A DNA stretch of 64,000 nucleotides from an uncultured bacterium (GCA_963722385.1 CAVRKK010000002.1:800001-864000), one strand, 5' to 3'; shown: positions 9,545-20,433, counted from the stretch's first letter. The notes: generated from the sequence alone by a model not told the origin. Numbers and translations are program-made.

Positions 9545-11044
9545 GGTTGTTGATAATGTTGTGGAAATCGAGCTTGACAATACAGAGATCCCTTAATAAT
9601 TGCAGCAGCCATTGGCAATGTCGAGGCGATCGAGCGTTTAATTCAGCAAGGAGATAATATTCAGGTACGAGGAAAAAGTGGTGCCCAAGCAATACACTGG
9701 GCTGCAGCTGAAGGACATATAGCAGCAATAGAATGTTTAGTTAGACGTGGTGCTAGCCTTACTGCTCAAGATGAGTATACAGATCAGCCGATACATTATG
9801 CCGCTCGATCCGGAAGGCTAGAGGTAATTGCATGGTTGCATGGTCGGGGTATTTCATTGGATTCATGTGGATGTAATGGGATGAAGCCACTACATTACGC
9901 AGTTCAAGCAGGAAATAGAGAGCTTGCTGGATGGCTTGTAGCGCATGGAGCTGCTATCTTAATAGGCGATAGGGAAGATGCTCAACCAATTCATTATGCT
10001 GTATTTTATGGACATTTGGATATGATGCAATTGATTGTGAAACAGGATGCCAGAGCTATTTCTGAAAAAGAAAAAAACGGTAGGAGAGCTATCCATTATG
10101 CTGCATGCCATCCTAATGTAGATGTTATTAAATGGCTTGTTGAACAAGGAGCTTTGCCGCTTGTACGTGATCTGTTTGATATGGAACCAATACAATATGC
10201 AGCATTAATGGGTAATAGAGCGGTGGTTGAGTATTTGGTTTCACTAGGTATTGATCTGAGGGCTGTCTATAACCAAGGTAGACAGCTTGTCCACTATGCA
10301 GCAGCAGGAAGCGTAGATTGTATAGAGTGGCTTGCGGAAAAGGGCATGTCTATTGATGTGGTAGATGCACTCGGTAGGCAGCCACTTTGTTATGCGATAA
10401 TTAAGCGCAATATGCCTATGGTAAGGTGGCTTATTGATCAGAAAAACGACCTTTTTAAAGTGGATAGTAATAATAAAGGTTTAATAGACTATGCAGTAGA
10501 AACAGGGGATACAGAAATAGTAGCGTATTTATTGTCTAAGGGTATGACTGTTAAACCACAGCAAGCCGGACTTTTAGTGCATAAAGCAGCACGTAATGGT
10601 CATCTTGAAATGATTCAAATGCTAGCTCATGAATATGGTGAAAATATTCTCCAAGCAGCCGATGATAAAGGCATGCAGGCGATCCATGTTGCAGCGGCGG
10701 CCGGACAGAAAGATGTAGTAGAATATCTTATTAATAGGGGAACTGATAAGTGTGTTCGAGATAAGAACGGTTTCCAACCTATACATTATGCGGTAGGGAG
10801 AAGTATGAAAATAGTTGATTACTTGTGTTCTTTGGGCGTTAATATTAAATCTGTGGATAGTCGCGGTGTTCAACCAATACATCTCGCTGCAGCACTTGGA
10901 TTAAGTTGGATGGTAGAATGGCTGGTAGCCCATGGTGCCGATATTGAGGCAGAGGATAACGGAGGCAAGAAGCCTCTTGATTATGCACAAAAGCAGGGGC
11001 ATGCTTGGGTAGTAGAGCGAGTGATAATTAAAAGGAGAAGCTAA
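9504..11044 (+). pseudogene. Ankyrin-repeat protein, frameshifted near 9592 (ORF track starts only at 9836)
   Basis: Ankyrin frame extends upstream from 9836 to ~9593 (LIIAAAIGNVEAIERLIQQG...QAIHWAAAEGH); the preceding MLHFLQIAACIADRVVDNVVEIELDNTEIP is one base out of frame. Confidence 0.75.
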
Positions 11045-12879
11045 TGTTTAGCCTAGGTTTAAAAATACTGAGCTTTATTATTACTATAATGGTATGCTTT
11101 ACTTCTTGGACTATGGAACATCCGGAAGACCATGGCATTGGTGCTATGGTGAGCATCTTAGAGATAGCATCAATTGAGCCCAGCAATGGTGCTACTGCTA
11201 TTAATAGCACGTTGCCACAATCTTCATCAGCTGAAAACAGTGGCTCTCTGGTACATTATATTGTGTATGATAGCTGTTTGGATGATATTGAAGAGTTGCT
11301 AAGAAAGAATCATCTTGACGTTTCTATTTCTGGTTATTATGGTAGAAAATCGATACATTTAATATTCCTATTAAATGATAAGGAATTGCTCAGCATTGTT
11401 GTGCAAGCTGGAAGGATACTTGAAGCTAGAAAAATAGTTTGTTTCTCCGAGGCTTTGTATGAAACCTTATCGAAAGAGGCCATATCGTTGGCAAGTAGTC
11501 TGAGATATAATCTGAGATATTTGCTTACGCCCTCAAAGCTTGCCAAAACTGATGTCCCGCTCAATGCCCTAGATAATGATCCTACCCATTCTAACTATGG
11601 AGATGAATTACCGTTGCATAGAGCAGCACTATCAGGCGATGAAGAACTAATACGTTTACTGATTGATAATGGTATGCCTCTTGATGTAATTGACCAACGC
11701 GGTTTTCAGGCTATTCATAGAGCAGTGGAGTATGGACAATTAAATATTGTAAAGGTACTAGTTGATAAAGGAGCGCGCATTGATGCTCAAGTAAGGCGTA
11801 TTGGTTGGCAACCGATACATATAGCATCAAGGGAAAATCAACTAGAGATGATACAATGGTTGCTCGAACATGGAGCTGATATTAATGCTTGGGATGGTGA
11901 TGGTGATCAACCGGCGCATCATGCGGCAAGGCAGGGCAATAGAGAGATGATTCGATTTTTGCTTGAGCATGGAGCTCGGGTTGCTACAAAATGTAAGCGA
12001 AGTACTTTGTGGAGATCAGTTACTCAACCATCTTTGGATTCTTCATCTATACATTATGCAGCTTTACAAGGTGACTTAGAGAGAGTTCGGTTTCTTGTAG
12101 AAGAACAGGGTGTTAGTGTTTCGGAGGAAGATAGGTATGGTGCTCATCCGATCCATTATGCTATGGAGTCGGGGCAAGGAGACCTTGTTATGTATCTTAT
12201 TAACAAGGATGCTTACTTGCTTCCCAGTGATCATAACTTGAGGGAGCCTCTATTTTATGCTCTAGCTGCTGGACGTGTTGAGATGCTTGAAAAAGTAAAG
12301 AATAGCTATCGCTGTTGGAGAATCCTTACTCGGGATGGTTTCGGTGAAACCCCGATAACTTACGCATTTAGTTATGATCCATCGATATGCAACCTAGCTT
12401 CTTCTTTAATTTGTAGAGGCCAGGGCATACGCTTAATGTATGCAGCCGCAAAAGGGGGGTGTAGAAAAGTCCTTGAAAATCTAGTAGCCTCTGGCGAAGA
12501 TATTACAGTTTGCGATGACAATGGCTTGCAAGCCTTACACTACGCTGCAGCAGGACGATACGGCAAAAAGGAGCTTATCGATTGGTTGATTACCGTGGGG
12601 GGTGATATTAATGCACAAGATGCTAGAGGCTGGACAGCTTTGCATCATGCTGTTCACGCTGGCGATAGCATGATGGTAGATTTTTTGCTTGAAAAAGGAG
12701 CAAAGCCTAATATTAGAAGCTTCGATAGCGATGGTAATCGTACAGCTGATAAGGTTATTAATCCCGAGACGGCAGGAGGAAGAGGCCCTAGCATAACAAA
12801 GGCTATCTTGGCAGCCCAACAAAGCTATGGGGAAAGGAAAGGATGGTTGAGCGGTCTTAAAAGTTTCATCGGCTTGTAA
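11044..12879 (+). CDS. Exported ankyrin-repeat protein
   Basis: Signal peptide then MEHPE; ankyrin repeats; amphipathic C-terminal tail. Confidence 0.92.
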   Translation: MFSLGLKILSFIITIMVCFTSWTMEHPEDHGIGAMVSILEIASIEPSNGATAINSTLPQSSSAENSGSLVHYIVYDSCLDDIEELLRKNHLDVSISGYYGRKSIHLIFLLNDKELLSIVVQAGRILEARKIVCFSEALYETLSKEAISLASSLRYNLRYLLTPSKLAKTDVPLNALDNDPTHSNYGDELPLHRAALSGDEELIRLLIDNGMPLDVIDQRGFQAIHRAVEYGQLNIVKVLVDKGARIDAQVRRIGWQPIHIASRENQLEMIQWLLEHGADINAWDGDGDQPAHHAARQGNREMIRFLLEHGARVATKCKRSTLWRSVTQPSLDSSSIHYAALQGDLERVRFLVEEQGVSVSEEDRYGAHPIHYAMESGQGDLVMYLINKDAYLLPSDHNLREPLFYALAAGRVEMLEKVKNSYRCWRILTRDGFGETPITYAFSYDPSICNLASSLICRGQGIRLMYAAAKGGCRKVLENLVASGEDITVCDDNGLQALHYAAAGRYGKKELIDWLITVGGDINAQDARGWTALHHAVHAGDSMMVDFLLEKGAKPNIRSFDSDGNRTADKVINPETAGGRGPSITKAILAAQQSYGERKGWLSGLKSFIGL

Positions 12880-12933
12880 TTTACTTCAGGTCTTAGTTGA
12901 TCTTTAAGCCAGTATTTGTATACTGGCTTTTTT
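12605..12933 (+). repeat. Copy 1 of shared ankyrin 3' cassette plus terminator (copy 2 at 41192-41512)
   Basis: Long identical DNA runs, e.g. cctaatattagaagcttcgatagcgatggtaatcgtacagctgata, in both copies. Confidence 0.9.
12906..12933 (+). terminator. Intrinsic terminator
   Basis: AAGCCAGTAT-TTGT-ATACTGGCTT followed by a T run. Confidence 0.85.
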
Positions 12934-13121
12934 AGGACGACTTACGCCCGTCAAATACACAGTTGCATTTATGGGTAATTTAAATATACGCACATCGTAG
13001 CATTCATATCATATATTTCAAGATTTTGTGCTATACTTTTTCATGTGCTTTTTATCGTATATGTTTATTAAAGCGCCTCCTCCCCGACTAAAGTTGCGGG
13101 GTTTCCGCGCGCCCGAGGTTT

Positions 13122-14414
13122 ATGTTTATGCGTCAATGCAGAGTGCCGGCGATCGCCGTGGGATTGTTGCTTATATTCTGCCAATCGGCTATGGCAGGCA
13201 CCTTTAATAACAATTTATTTAATCCTTATGATATTCTTTTGTTCAAGCCTTTGGAAAGCCACGGCGACTTTGTCGTTGCTTATGAAGGGGCTTTTCATGT
13301 CAAGGCCTTTCAGGCGGACCCTGATGATCGGATCGACGCAACGGAGCAAAAGCATTCGAACGTATTTAGGCGCAAAGCTGAAGTCCTCCAGCTTTGGCAT
13401 AACGAACAAGATTTTTGCGCCGCTTTACAAGGTGCACCGCACCATTCACCACACGCAGCAGAGGCAAGCTTATTTAATATAAAAAATCAAAAAATTATCT
13501 GCGGCTTGCGCGTGAGCGGCGATCTTTCCGTACCCATGAACCTTATGCTCTCGGCACGCTTTGCCTTGCCATATGACTTAACCCTCGCCTTTTATTTACC
13601 TGTCTTACTCGCCGAATTTAAAAATATTACTTGGGCTGAACATGACGCCGCAGCGGCGACGACATTTGCCGGCCGGTTTGGTAATTTTGTTGAGCGGCTT
13701 GAAAAGATTGGCTCGCTGAATCTAAGCCGTAATTGGCGGCGCACCGGCATCGGGGATTTCGCAACGCTTGTTTGGTGGAATAACACCTACCTTCAAGACA
13801 AAGAATGGCTAAAAGATGTCGGTGTGTGCATTCGTGGCGGTGTGACCTTTCCATCAGGCGCTCGTAAAAAAAGTGATCATCTCTTTGACCTACCCTTTGG
13901 GCATGATGCTGGACTTGGCATTCTTTTTGGCGGCAATATTGAGCTTGGTTTTGGTCGCTATCTCAAGCTTGGTATCGATGGCGAGTTTCACCATTTTCTT
14001 GGCTCAAAGAGAGAACATCGCATTCAAACAGATAAACAACAAACAGATCTTCTTTTTGCTAACAAAGCCAATTCACACACGCAACCGGGGCTTTTGCAAC
14101 ACTATACACTCTTTCTTAAACTGGGTGGCCTCGTTCCAGGCCTTTCAGGCACCATAGCTTACCAGCATAACCGACAACATGAGGATAAAATAATTCTCGA
14201 TAGCGCCCGATTTAACTCTTTGCTCGCTAATAACGCTGAAAATCTCCAAGATTGGACTACCCATACTATTGTTGGCATGCTGGATTATGAGTTCACCGAT
14301 TGGCTCGATTGTGATTATATGCCAGCAATTAAGCTCTTCGCTAAAAACGGCTTCAATGGAAAGCGCGCTTTACTTTTTGATACTGCCGGCTTCCAGATCA
14401 ATTGTCGTTTTTAA
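13122..14414 (+). CDS. Probable outer-membrane beta-barrel protein
   Basis: Signal peptide (AMA), alternating beta-strand pattern, C-terminal GFQINCRF. Confidence 0.6.
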   Translation: MFMRQCRVPAIAVGLLLIFCQSAMAGTFNNNLFNPYDILLFKPLESHGDFVVAYEGAFHVKAFQADPDDRIDATEQKHSNVFRRKAEVLQLWHNEQDFCAALQGAPHHSPHAAEASLFNIKNQKIICGLRVSGDLSVPMNLMLSARFALPYDLTLAFYLPVLLAEFKNITWAEHDAAAATTFAGRFGNFVERLEKIGSLNLSRNWRRTGIGDFATLVWWNNTYLQDKEWLKDVGVCIRGGVTFPSGARKKSDHLFDLPFGHDAGLGILFGGNIELGFGRYLKLGIDGEFHHFLGSKREHRIQTDKQQTDLLFANKANSHTQPGLLQHYTLFLKLGGLVPGLSGTIAYQHNRQHEDKIILDSARFNSLLANNAENLQDWTTHTIVGMLDYEFTDWLDCDYMPAIKLFAKNGFNGKRALLFDTAGFQINCRF

Positions 14415-14704
14415 GCATATATATCTTCGTCTATAAGCGGCTGCTCTCGCATTTCGCACCGGATTGGATAATTATCAAGGTCCCATTGCTTGCAATAACA
14501 ATGGTGGCCTGCGTGATCATGATGAATAAAGACAGGATTATCATCTTCTTCTTTAGCTCGTGGGCTGCATACGCGCGAGCAATAGCACGGACAAGGGTTA
14601 TCTAAATCCAAACACGATCTCTTCGTAGGGCAGATTCCGACCGTATCAAAAACCTGAAAAATGAGCGCCAACATGATAAGACACAGCGAATATTTTGACA
14701 ACAT
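14411..14704 (-). CDS. Small secreted cysteine-rich protein
   Basis: Signal peptide; CPCYCSRVC and HHCYCK motifs. Confidence 0.65.
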   Translation of the reverse strand: MLSKYSLCLIMLALIFQVFDTVGICPTKRSCLDLDNPCPCYCSRVCSPRAKEEDDNPVFIHHDHAGHHCYCKQWDLDNYPIRCEMREQPLIDEDIYA

Positions 14705-14727
14705 GATACTTCCCTTTTTTATTTATT

Positions 14728-14982
14728 TTAATACAAACTTTCTTTTTGAGCTACGCAAACAAGTTTCTTATTGTGCATCTGGTATGTCCCCTTATGGCAT
14801 TTTTGTCCCAGCGAAACGCACGTTAAGGTACCATCTACCATAACAAAGGTTCCTGGGGGGCTTCCCAAGAAGCCGGTTTTGTTACATGGCTTGCCAACCT
14901 GTTTGTTGCCATCTTGAGCGGTTAAGTAAGGCATCATGCTTATACTCAAGCTAAGCCATATACTCATATATTTTGCCTGCAT
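14728..14982 (-). CDS. Small secreted protein with four Cys
   Basis: AAGGAG RBS, signal peptide. Confidence 0.6.
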   Translation of the reverse strand: MQAKYMSIWLSLSISMMPYLTAQDGNKQVGKPCNKTGFLGSPPGTFVMVDGTLTCVSLGQKCHKGTYQMHNKKLVCVAQKESLY

Positions 14983-15076
14983 TTTTTCTCCTTAAGCACC
15001 TAAGTAAATTTTTAAAAGTAACTAGAACAAGCTGCTTAATAAGAATATTATCAATTAGGCAATAAATAAGTCAAGA

Positions 15077-16924
15077 TTACAATTTTCTTTTAAATTTTTT
15101 CTCAATCTCATAAAGCGGGATAGTCCACGAAGTTGGGCGGCCATGAGGGCAGCTAAAGCGGTTGTTGGTTGTACTGAGGGACTCGATAAGCTGATGAATT
15201 TGCTCTTCCGATAAGAAATCCCCTGCCTTTACAGCTGCCTTACACGCCATTTGCGCTCGTAATGCGTGATGGAACGAGCTCGCCAAATCTTTATTGGGCT
15301 CATTGTCATCATGAGCACCGGCTAGTATTTGCTTAATCATATCTTCAAGTGGTTGATCTTTGAGCGGCACCGGGATGGTACGCACGGCCCATTGATGGGT
15401 GCCATATTGTTCAATTGCAATGCCATAGGCATCAAAGATCCCTTTGCATGTTTCTAATGTTTTGCCTTCAACCTCCGTGAGCGTGATAAGGGGAGGGAAG
15501 AGCAACGGCACAATAGCCACCGAATCGAAGCGCTGCTCAAAAAGCTCATAGAGTATTCGTTCGTGCGCAGCATGTTGGTCAATCATAACCAAGCCTTGGT
15601 CATTCTCGATCATAATATAGGTTTCATGCATTCTTCCCACCAGGCGATAAGCACGAGCTTTCGCTCCCGAGGTGAGTTCTTGTTGTGTGTAAGCTGGGTT
15701 CGGGTCAGCGGGACCTGCTAAAACCTGATGCGCATTGTGCTCGGTGTTGGGCAGCGGTTTGCTAAATGATTCCTCAAGCACTCGCTTAAACTGCTCCTCA
15801 TGCGCCTTGCTCGGTTGGGTTGCTTGTTGCTCTACGCGCACCGGCTCAAAAAAGGGCTTCGCTGACAAAGCCGGGGATGAGGTAGGCGAAATGAAGGGTT
15901 CAGGCATCGGCGCACTCAAATCGAAACTTACCCGTTTTTCAAGGACCGCGTGCACCATTTTTTCTAATGATTGCTCAATGCGGCGTGGGTGCAAAAATTG
16001 CACTTCCTCCTTTCGTGGGTGGATATTGATATCGACGAGCATCGGGTCTATCGACAGAGCAATGGCAGCGCTTGGAAACCGAGCGGGCGGCAACGTACCA
16101 GCATATCCTTTAAGTACTGCGCTCGTGAGCTTGGTATTTTTGACCCACCGCTTGTTGACAAACATAAAGATCCCTGACCGGTCGTAACGAGCATAGGTCG
16201 GAACGGTAAGCATGCCAACAATAGATAAGCCGAGTGACTGGTCGTCGTATGTACAAGGCATGCTCGCTTGTACCAACGTTGTATCGTATATCATGCTCAG
16301 CCGTGATACGAGATTCTCCGCCGGCCGACAATCAAGCAGGAGCCGGTCATGATGGTAAAAGGTCAAGCTACAGCTTGGATAAGCAAGCGCAAAAGCATGC
16401 ATAAGCGTGCATATCGCGCGTAGTTCGGTCTCATCGGTTTTGAGAAATTTGCGGCGTGCAGGTATATTCCCAAAAAGGTCGGTAATTGTAATATCAGTGC
16501 CCGTTATTGCAGAGCATGGCTCCTGGCTTACGATCTTGCCTTGACCTATAACAAGCTTTACTCCCGTTAGCGCCTCCGCCTCCTTGGTAACCAGCGTGAC
16601 ATTACTTACCGACGCAATGCTCGATAAGGCTTCACCGCGAAAGCCAAAGGTGCTACACTGTGCCAGGTCATCGATCGTTTTTATTTTACTCGTTGCATGG
16701 TGTATAATACTCATGCACGCATCTTCAGCAGACATGCCACAACCGTTATCAACGACCCTTATGAGCGATTTTCCCCCCTCATTGGCATAGACCGTAATAG
16801 CGGTTGCCTGCGCATCAAGCGCGTTTTCAACAAGCTCCTTAACGATATTTGCCGGCCGCTCGACAACTTCTCCTGCTGCGATTTTGTGTATCTCATGCGG
16901 GGCCAATAAGCTTATTTTACCCAT
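15077..16924 (-). CDS. mutL: DNA mismatch repair endonuclease MutL
   Basis: IAAGEVVERP, GFRGEAL, DQHAAHERILYE, ACK, CPHGRP. Confidence 0.98.
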   Translation of the reverse strand: MGKISLLAPHEIHKIAAGEVVERPANIVKELVENALDAQATAITVYANEGGKSLIRVVDNGCGMSAEDACMSIIHHATSKIKTIDDLAQCSTFGFRGEALSSIASVSNVTLVTKEAEALTGVKLVIGQGKIVSQEPCSAITGTDITITDLFGNIPARRKFLKTDETELRAICTLMHAFALAYPSCSLTFYHHDRLLLDCRPAENLVSRLSMIYDTTLVQASMPCTYDDQSLGLSIVGMLTVPTYARYDRSGIFMFVNKRWVKNTKLTSAVLKGYAGTLPPARFPSAAIALSIDPMLVDINIHPRKEEVQFLHPRRIEQSLEKMVHAVLEKRVSFDLSAPMPEPFISPTSSPALSAKPFFEPVRVEQQATQPSKAHEEQFKRVLEESFSKPLPNTEHNAHQVLAGPADPNPAYTQQELTSGAKARAYRLVGRMHETYIMIENDQGLVMIDQHAAHERILYELFEQRFDSVAIVPLLFPPLITLTEVEGKTLETCKGIFDAYGIAIEQYGTHQWAVRTIPVPLKDQPLEDMIKQILAGAHDDNEPNKDLASSFHHALRAQMACKAAVKAGDFLSEEQIHQLIESLSTTNNRFSCPHGRPTSWTIPLYEIEKKFKRKL

Positions 16925-16927
16925 ACG

Positions 16928-17467
16928 CTACCTCGCTTGACTTTGTAGTTTGATAGCAGCCGTAAACATAAACAAGCCATTCTTTCCTTTACTAATTTCC
17001 GTTACCATATCATGTCTCGACTGAGCGATATTTTTTACTTTTTTAAAAAAAGAGGTTAGGTCTTTGAGGTTGCGTGCCGTGCCGGTAAGGCAGAGCTGCT
17101 TTTGTGCTTCAAAGCGCATCTCATCAAGACGTACGTTCTCGGGGATCCGATCAGCAATATGCTTAATGAGCTGATGCAGGCTTTCGCGAGAATCTTTATT
17201 GCCGCTGCGCGCTTGCTTTTGTAGCGCCTCTTGGTACTTTTCCTGGAGTCGCCCGCGCTGACCGGCAAGCGCCTGATGGTGTTCGAGCCGCGGCCGTACG
17301 GCGCGCATACGTGTCAGCAAGTAAGCATGCGCAATACCCATCCCAAGGATCACGAGTAGGCACCCCATAAGAGACACGCGCCACCACCAAAAGTCGGATG
17401 ATGCAGGCACAAAACTTCCACCGAGGTCACCATGAACAAGATTTTTATGGGGCCGCCGATATACCAT
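16928..17467 (-). CDS. PilN-like pilus/T2SS assembly protein
   Basis: N-terminal TM, coiled coil, IP..V.L...L.LTG.A.....L..F PilN pattern. Confidence 0.6.
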   Translation of the reverse strand: MVYRRPHKNLVHGDLGGSFVPASSDFWWWRVSLMGCLLVILGMGIAHAYLLTRMRAVRPRLEHHQALAGQRGRLQEKYQEALQKQARSGNKDSRESLHQLIKHIADRIPENVRLDEMRFEAQKQLCLTGTARNLKDLTSFFKKVKNIAQSRHDMVTEISKGKNGLFMFTAAIKLQSQAR

Positions 17468-17469
17468 AA

Positions 17470-18057
17470 TTAATCATACGCCAGCATATGCAGACTACGC
17501 GTATAGGCTGGCGTATCGTTCGTTGACCTATAGGTACACTGCAATACAGCTTTCAATGTTGACAATGACACCAAAGCACTATCAGGAAGAGATTTCTGGT
17601 CTAAGAAAAAAAGAGCATGGTAAGCAAGTGTTGCGGTCGTTATCCGGGTAAGCCTCACCGGAACGGCAAGCGCCAAAAGATGGTATTGTGCTCGTAAGGC
17701 ATAGGGTATCGCCACACGATACCAGCAGTTGTCGGCAAGTTGTTGAGTGCTTATACTATAGCCCTCCTCATCGGCACAACCTGGCTCCTCATACATTAAG
17801 CTCTCGTCCAGGCAGCTTCCATCGAGGGAAATAATAGCTCTACCCCTATCCAGCCGCGAACCTGCAAGAAACACGCGGATAGCTTGCGCAATCAGCGTTG
17901 GATTAAAAATGGCAAGGCCATGAACCTGAAAGCGATCAAAGGGATACCACATCTGCCGCATGTCATCATCCTGCCAAAAAAAGAGGCCGAGACGTTCTTG
18001 CTCTACAACAAGCGCGAGGGTGGGAGAAGTGGGCGGCATTCTTAATCCTTCAAACAT
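17470..18057 (-). CDS. Hypothetical protein, possibly a divergent PilM-like protein
   Basis: Directly upstream of pilN-like gene; IFNP..IAQAI resembles the PilM N-terminus. Confidence 0.4.
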   Translation of the reverse strand: MFEGLRMPPTSPTLALVVEQERLGLFFWQDDDMRQMWYPFDRFQVHGLAIFNPTLIAQAIRVFLAGSRLDRGRAIISLDGSCLDESLMYEEPGCADEEGYSISTQQLADNCWYRVAIPYALRAQYHLLALAVPVRLTRITTATLAYHALFFLDQKSLPDSALVSLSTLKAVLQCTYRSTNDTPAYTRSLHMLAYD

Positions 18058-18959
18058 GGCACTATTCCACGCACAACACGATCACGGTCCCGAATGTCTT
18101 TCATAACGATTACCTCGTTAAATCCAGCTTTTTCAAAGAGAGAGCTTACTGCTGGCCCTTGCTGGTGTCCTATCTCACACCACAGCTGTGCACATTTATA
18201 ATCAGGACGTAGGTATTGACCTGCATGAGCAACAATCTGCCTGATGATGTCTAAACCATCACGCCCTCCAACCAGCGCATGATAATCTTCCCAATACCGT
18301 ACGGCTGGATCAAGCAAAGGAAACTCGCTTTGTGTTACATAAGGAGGGTTGGTTACGATAAGATCGCACAAAAATCCAGGAGCAAGCTGCTCATAGAGGT
18401 CAGACCTCATAAACGAGCAGTTGGCAATTTCATACTTAGCGGCATTGAGCTGGGCGCAATCAAGTGCATTTGGAGAATTGTCAATGGCGACGATCGCCAC
18501 ATTTTTATGGGAAAATCTTGAAGCGATCGCCAATGCAATACATCCTGAGCCGGTGCACAAATCAAGTATGGTGAAAGGCTTTTTGGGCGTTGCCTGTTCA
18601 ACAAGCGGCTCGATGGTAATGATGACGTCGGCGCACCAAAACTCGGTTTCGGGCCTTGGAATGAGCACGGGTGGCTTGATCGAAAGCTCCAAGTCGAGAA
18701 AGGGAGCAGTACCAATGGCATAGACAAGCGGTACGCCAACCCGCTTTATCTTATCGACGATCTGGTCAAGGTGCCTTCTTTGATCATCCGAAATCATGAT
18801 AAAGGGATTGGTGATAAATTGGACGCGGCGCTTGCCTGTTACATACTCGAGAATCGACCAAGCTTGTGAGTACGCTACGCTATTAGAGGGGTACACCGTC
18901 AGTAATCGATAGCTAATATCTTTAGCGAGCAGTGAGATATTTGTATAGGTACCATCCAT
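18042..18959 (-). CDS. prmC: Release factor glutamine methyltransferase
   Basis: LIPRPETE, LDLCTGSGCIA, NPPY. Confidence 0.95.
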   Translation of the reverse strand: MDGTYTNISLLAKDISYRLLTVYPSNSVAYSQAWSILEYVTGKRRVQFITNPFIMISDDQRRHLDQIVDKIKRVGVPLVYAIGTAPFLDLELSIKPPVLIPRPETEFWCADVIITIEPLVEQATPKKPFTILDLCTGSGCIALAIASRFSHKNVAIVAIDNSPNALDCAQLNAAKYEIANCSFMRSDLYEQLAPGFLCDLIVTNPPYVTQSEFPLLDPAVRYWEDYHALVGGRDGLDIIRQIVAHAGQYLRPDYKCAQLWCEIGHQQGPAVSSLFEKAGFNEVIVMKDIRDRDRVVRGIVPCLKD

Positions 18960-18976
18960 AGTATAATCATTTCCAT

Positions 18977-19864
18977 TTATTGAAGAAGTTGATTTACATA
19001 GGTTTCAGGGTCAAAAAGAGCCATCTGGTCGACCTGTTCGCCATACGAGAGGTAGGCTATAGGGACTTTCACCTCATGAGATATAGCAAAAACGATACCT
19101 CCTTTACCTGTACCATCCATTTTTGTAAGCACAATGCCATTGAGATTCGTTATGTGATTAAAAAGTTTTGCCTGATCAAGCGAATTCTGCCCTAAGAGTG
19201 AGTCTATGGTTAACAGCGTAATAACGGGGGATGTAGGCAGCTGGCGCGTTATGACCTTGCGAACTTTTTCGAGCTCGCGCATCAGGTGTTCTTTATTTTG
19301 CAGTCTGCCGGCGGTATCGATAATTAAAATATCGTAGCCGCCCTCACTAAACTTTTGACACGCGTTAAAAACGACGGAGGCCGGATCGGCATCAGGAGCG
19401 CCTTTTATCAGGTCAACGCCAAGCCGGCGAGCAAAGACCGAGAGTTGGTCAACCGCCGCTGCCCGAAAGGTGTCAGCAGCCGCCAAGAGCACCCTTTTGT
19501 TATGCGTAACGTAGAAGTGCGCAAGCTTGGCAGCAAACGTCGTTTTACCCGTACCATTCACGCCAACGAGTATATAGACCGCTGCGTTATTGGCATAAGG
19601 ATGCTGCCGCAAGAGCGCCGTAAGCTCGTTGGCAAGAGCATCTTTCAGCTGATTGCCTTGCGTGATTTGGCCTCGAGCTACCATCTGTCGCAGCTGCTCC
19701 ATTAAGAGGCGTGTTGTAGCAACGCCGGTATCAGCCTCAAGCAAGATGCGCTCAAGCTGACTGAGCACCTCTTCGTCTACTTTGTTCTTAACAAACAAAG
19801 AACCAAGCCGCGTCGTGACCTGCGTATAAATTTTGCTCAACTGCTCTTTCAAGAACCGAAACAT
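18977..19864 (-). CDS. ftsY: SRP receptor FtsY
   Basis: GVNGTGKTT, DTFRAAA, DTAGR, TKMDGTGKGG. Confidence 0.97.
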   Translation of the reverse strand: MFRFLKEQLSKIYTQVTTRLGSLFVKNKVDEEVLSQLERILLEADTGVATTRLLMEQLRQMVARGQITQGNQLKDALANELTALLRQHPYANNAAVYILVGVNGTGKTTFAAKLAHFYVTHNKRVLLAAADTFRAAAVDQLSVFARRLGVDLIKGAPDADPASVVFNACQKFSEGGYDILIIDTAGRLQNKEHLMRELEKVRKVITRQLPTSPVITLLTIDSLLGQNSLDQAKLFNHITNLNGIVLTKMDGTGKGGIVFAISHEVKVPIAYLSYGEQVDQMALFDPETYVNQLLQ

Positions 19865-20039
19865 TGCCAGTTTTTCTCTCCATTCACAAAGTGCCTTATT
19901 CTAATTTTATCGTTATAGAATAAGAAAGCAATATGTGGACCAAGCTAGACTTGTGGTCTCTGAAAAGAAATTGCTGTTCGCGGGACTTATTGCAAGTGTT
20001 TCCATAATTCGGTGCCGTTGCGTTGTGCAATTTCAGGGA

Positions 20040-20193
20040 AGGGTAATGAACGCAGTGTTGTTGGACTTATACCCATTTGAGTGGCCATCTTTGCAATTGA
20101 TAGTCCTATTTTTCTATTAACAACAAGCAGTCTCTCACGGATTGCATCTTGATTTTTTTTATCCAAAAGTTGTTTGTAGCTGTATTCAGCCAT
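20040..20193 (-). pseudogene. Truncated HTH protein, paralog of 27734-27961
   Basis: YSYK.LL.KKNQD.IRERLL.VNRK.GLSIAKMA.QMGISPTTLRS shared; similarity then stops abruptly. Confidence 0.7.
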
Positions 20194-20433
20194 GCTTTCC
20201 CCAGGTTGTCTATATATTCCATATCTGCGCCTGAATAATTATCATGGCCAAGATAAGCTTTGTATAACTCTTTTCGTTTAAACCTTATAACTGGCTCTTT
20301 TGTTCGAACGATGTCCAGGAATAGATTGTAATAGCAAGAGCTTTCATGACAATAATTATTTCTTGCAATAAAGCTGCTTTTGAATATGCTTTATCTGTTA
20401 GTTTAAATCGATCTCAAAGAAGCGTGAGGATGC

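Noticed and set aside
9542..9580. Stop-codon reassignment or readthrough joining the ankyrin ORFs
   Set aside because: TAG, TGA and TAA all occur in the gap and core genes use standard stops; indels explain it better.
7238..12879. Diversity-generating retroelement behind the ankyrin duplications
   Set aside because: No reverse transcriptase, and differences are not adenine-specific.
20200..20360. Minus-strand frame PVIRFKRKELYKAYLGHDNYSGADMEYI as a plasmid protein remnant
   Set aside because: Looks protein-like but is too short and lacks a start; cannot be assigned without a search.
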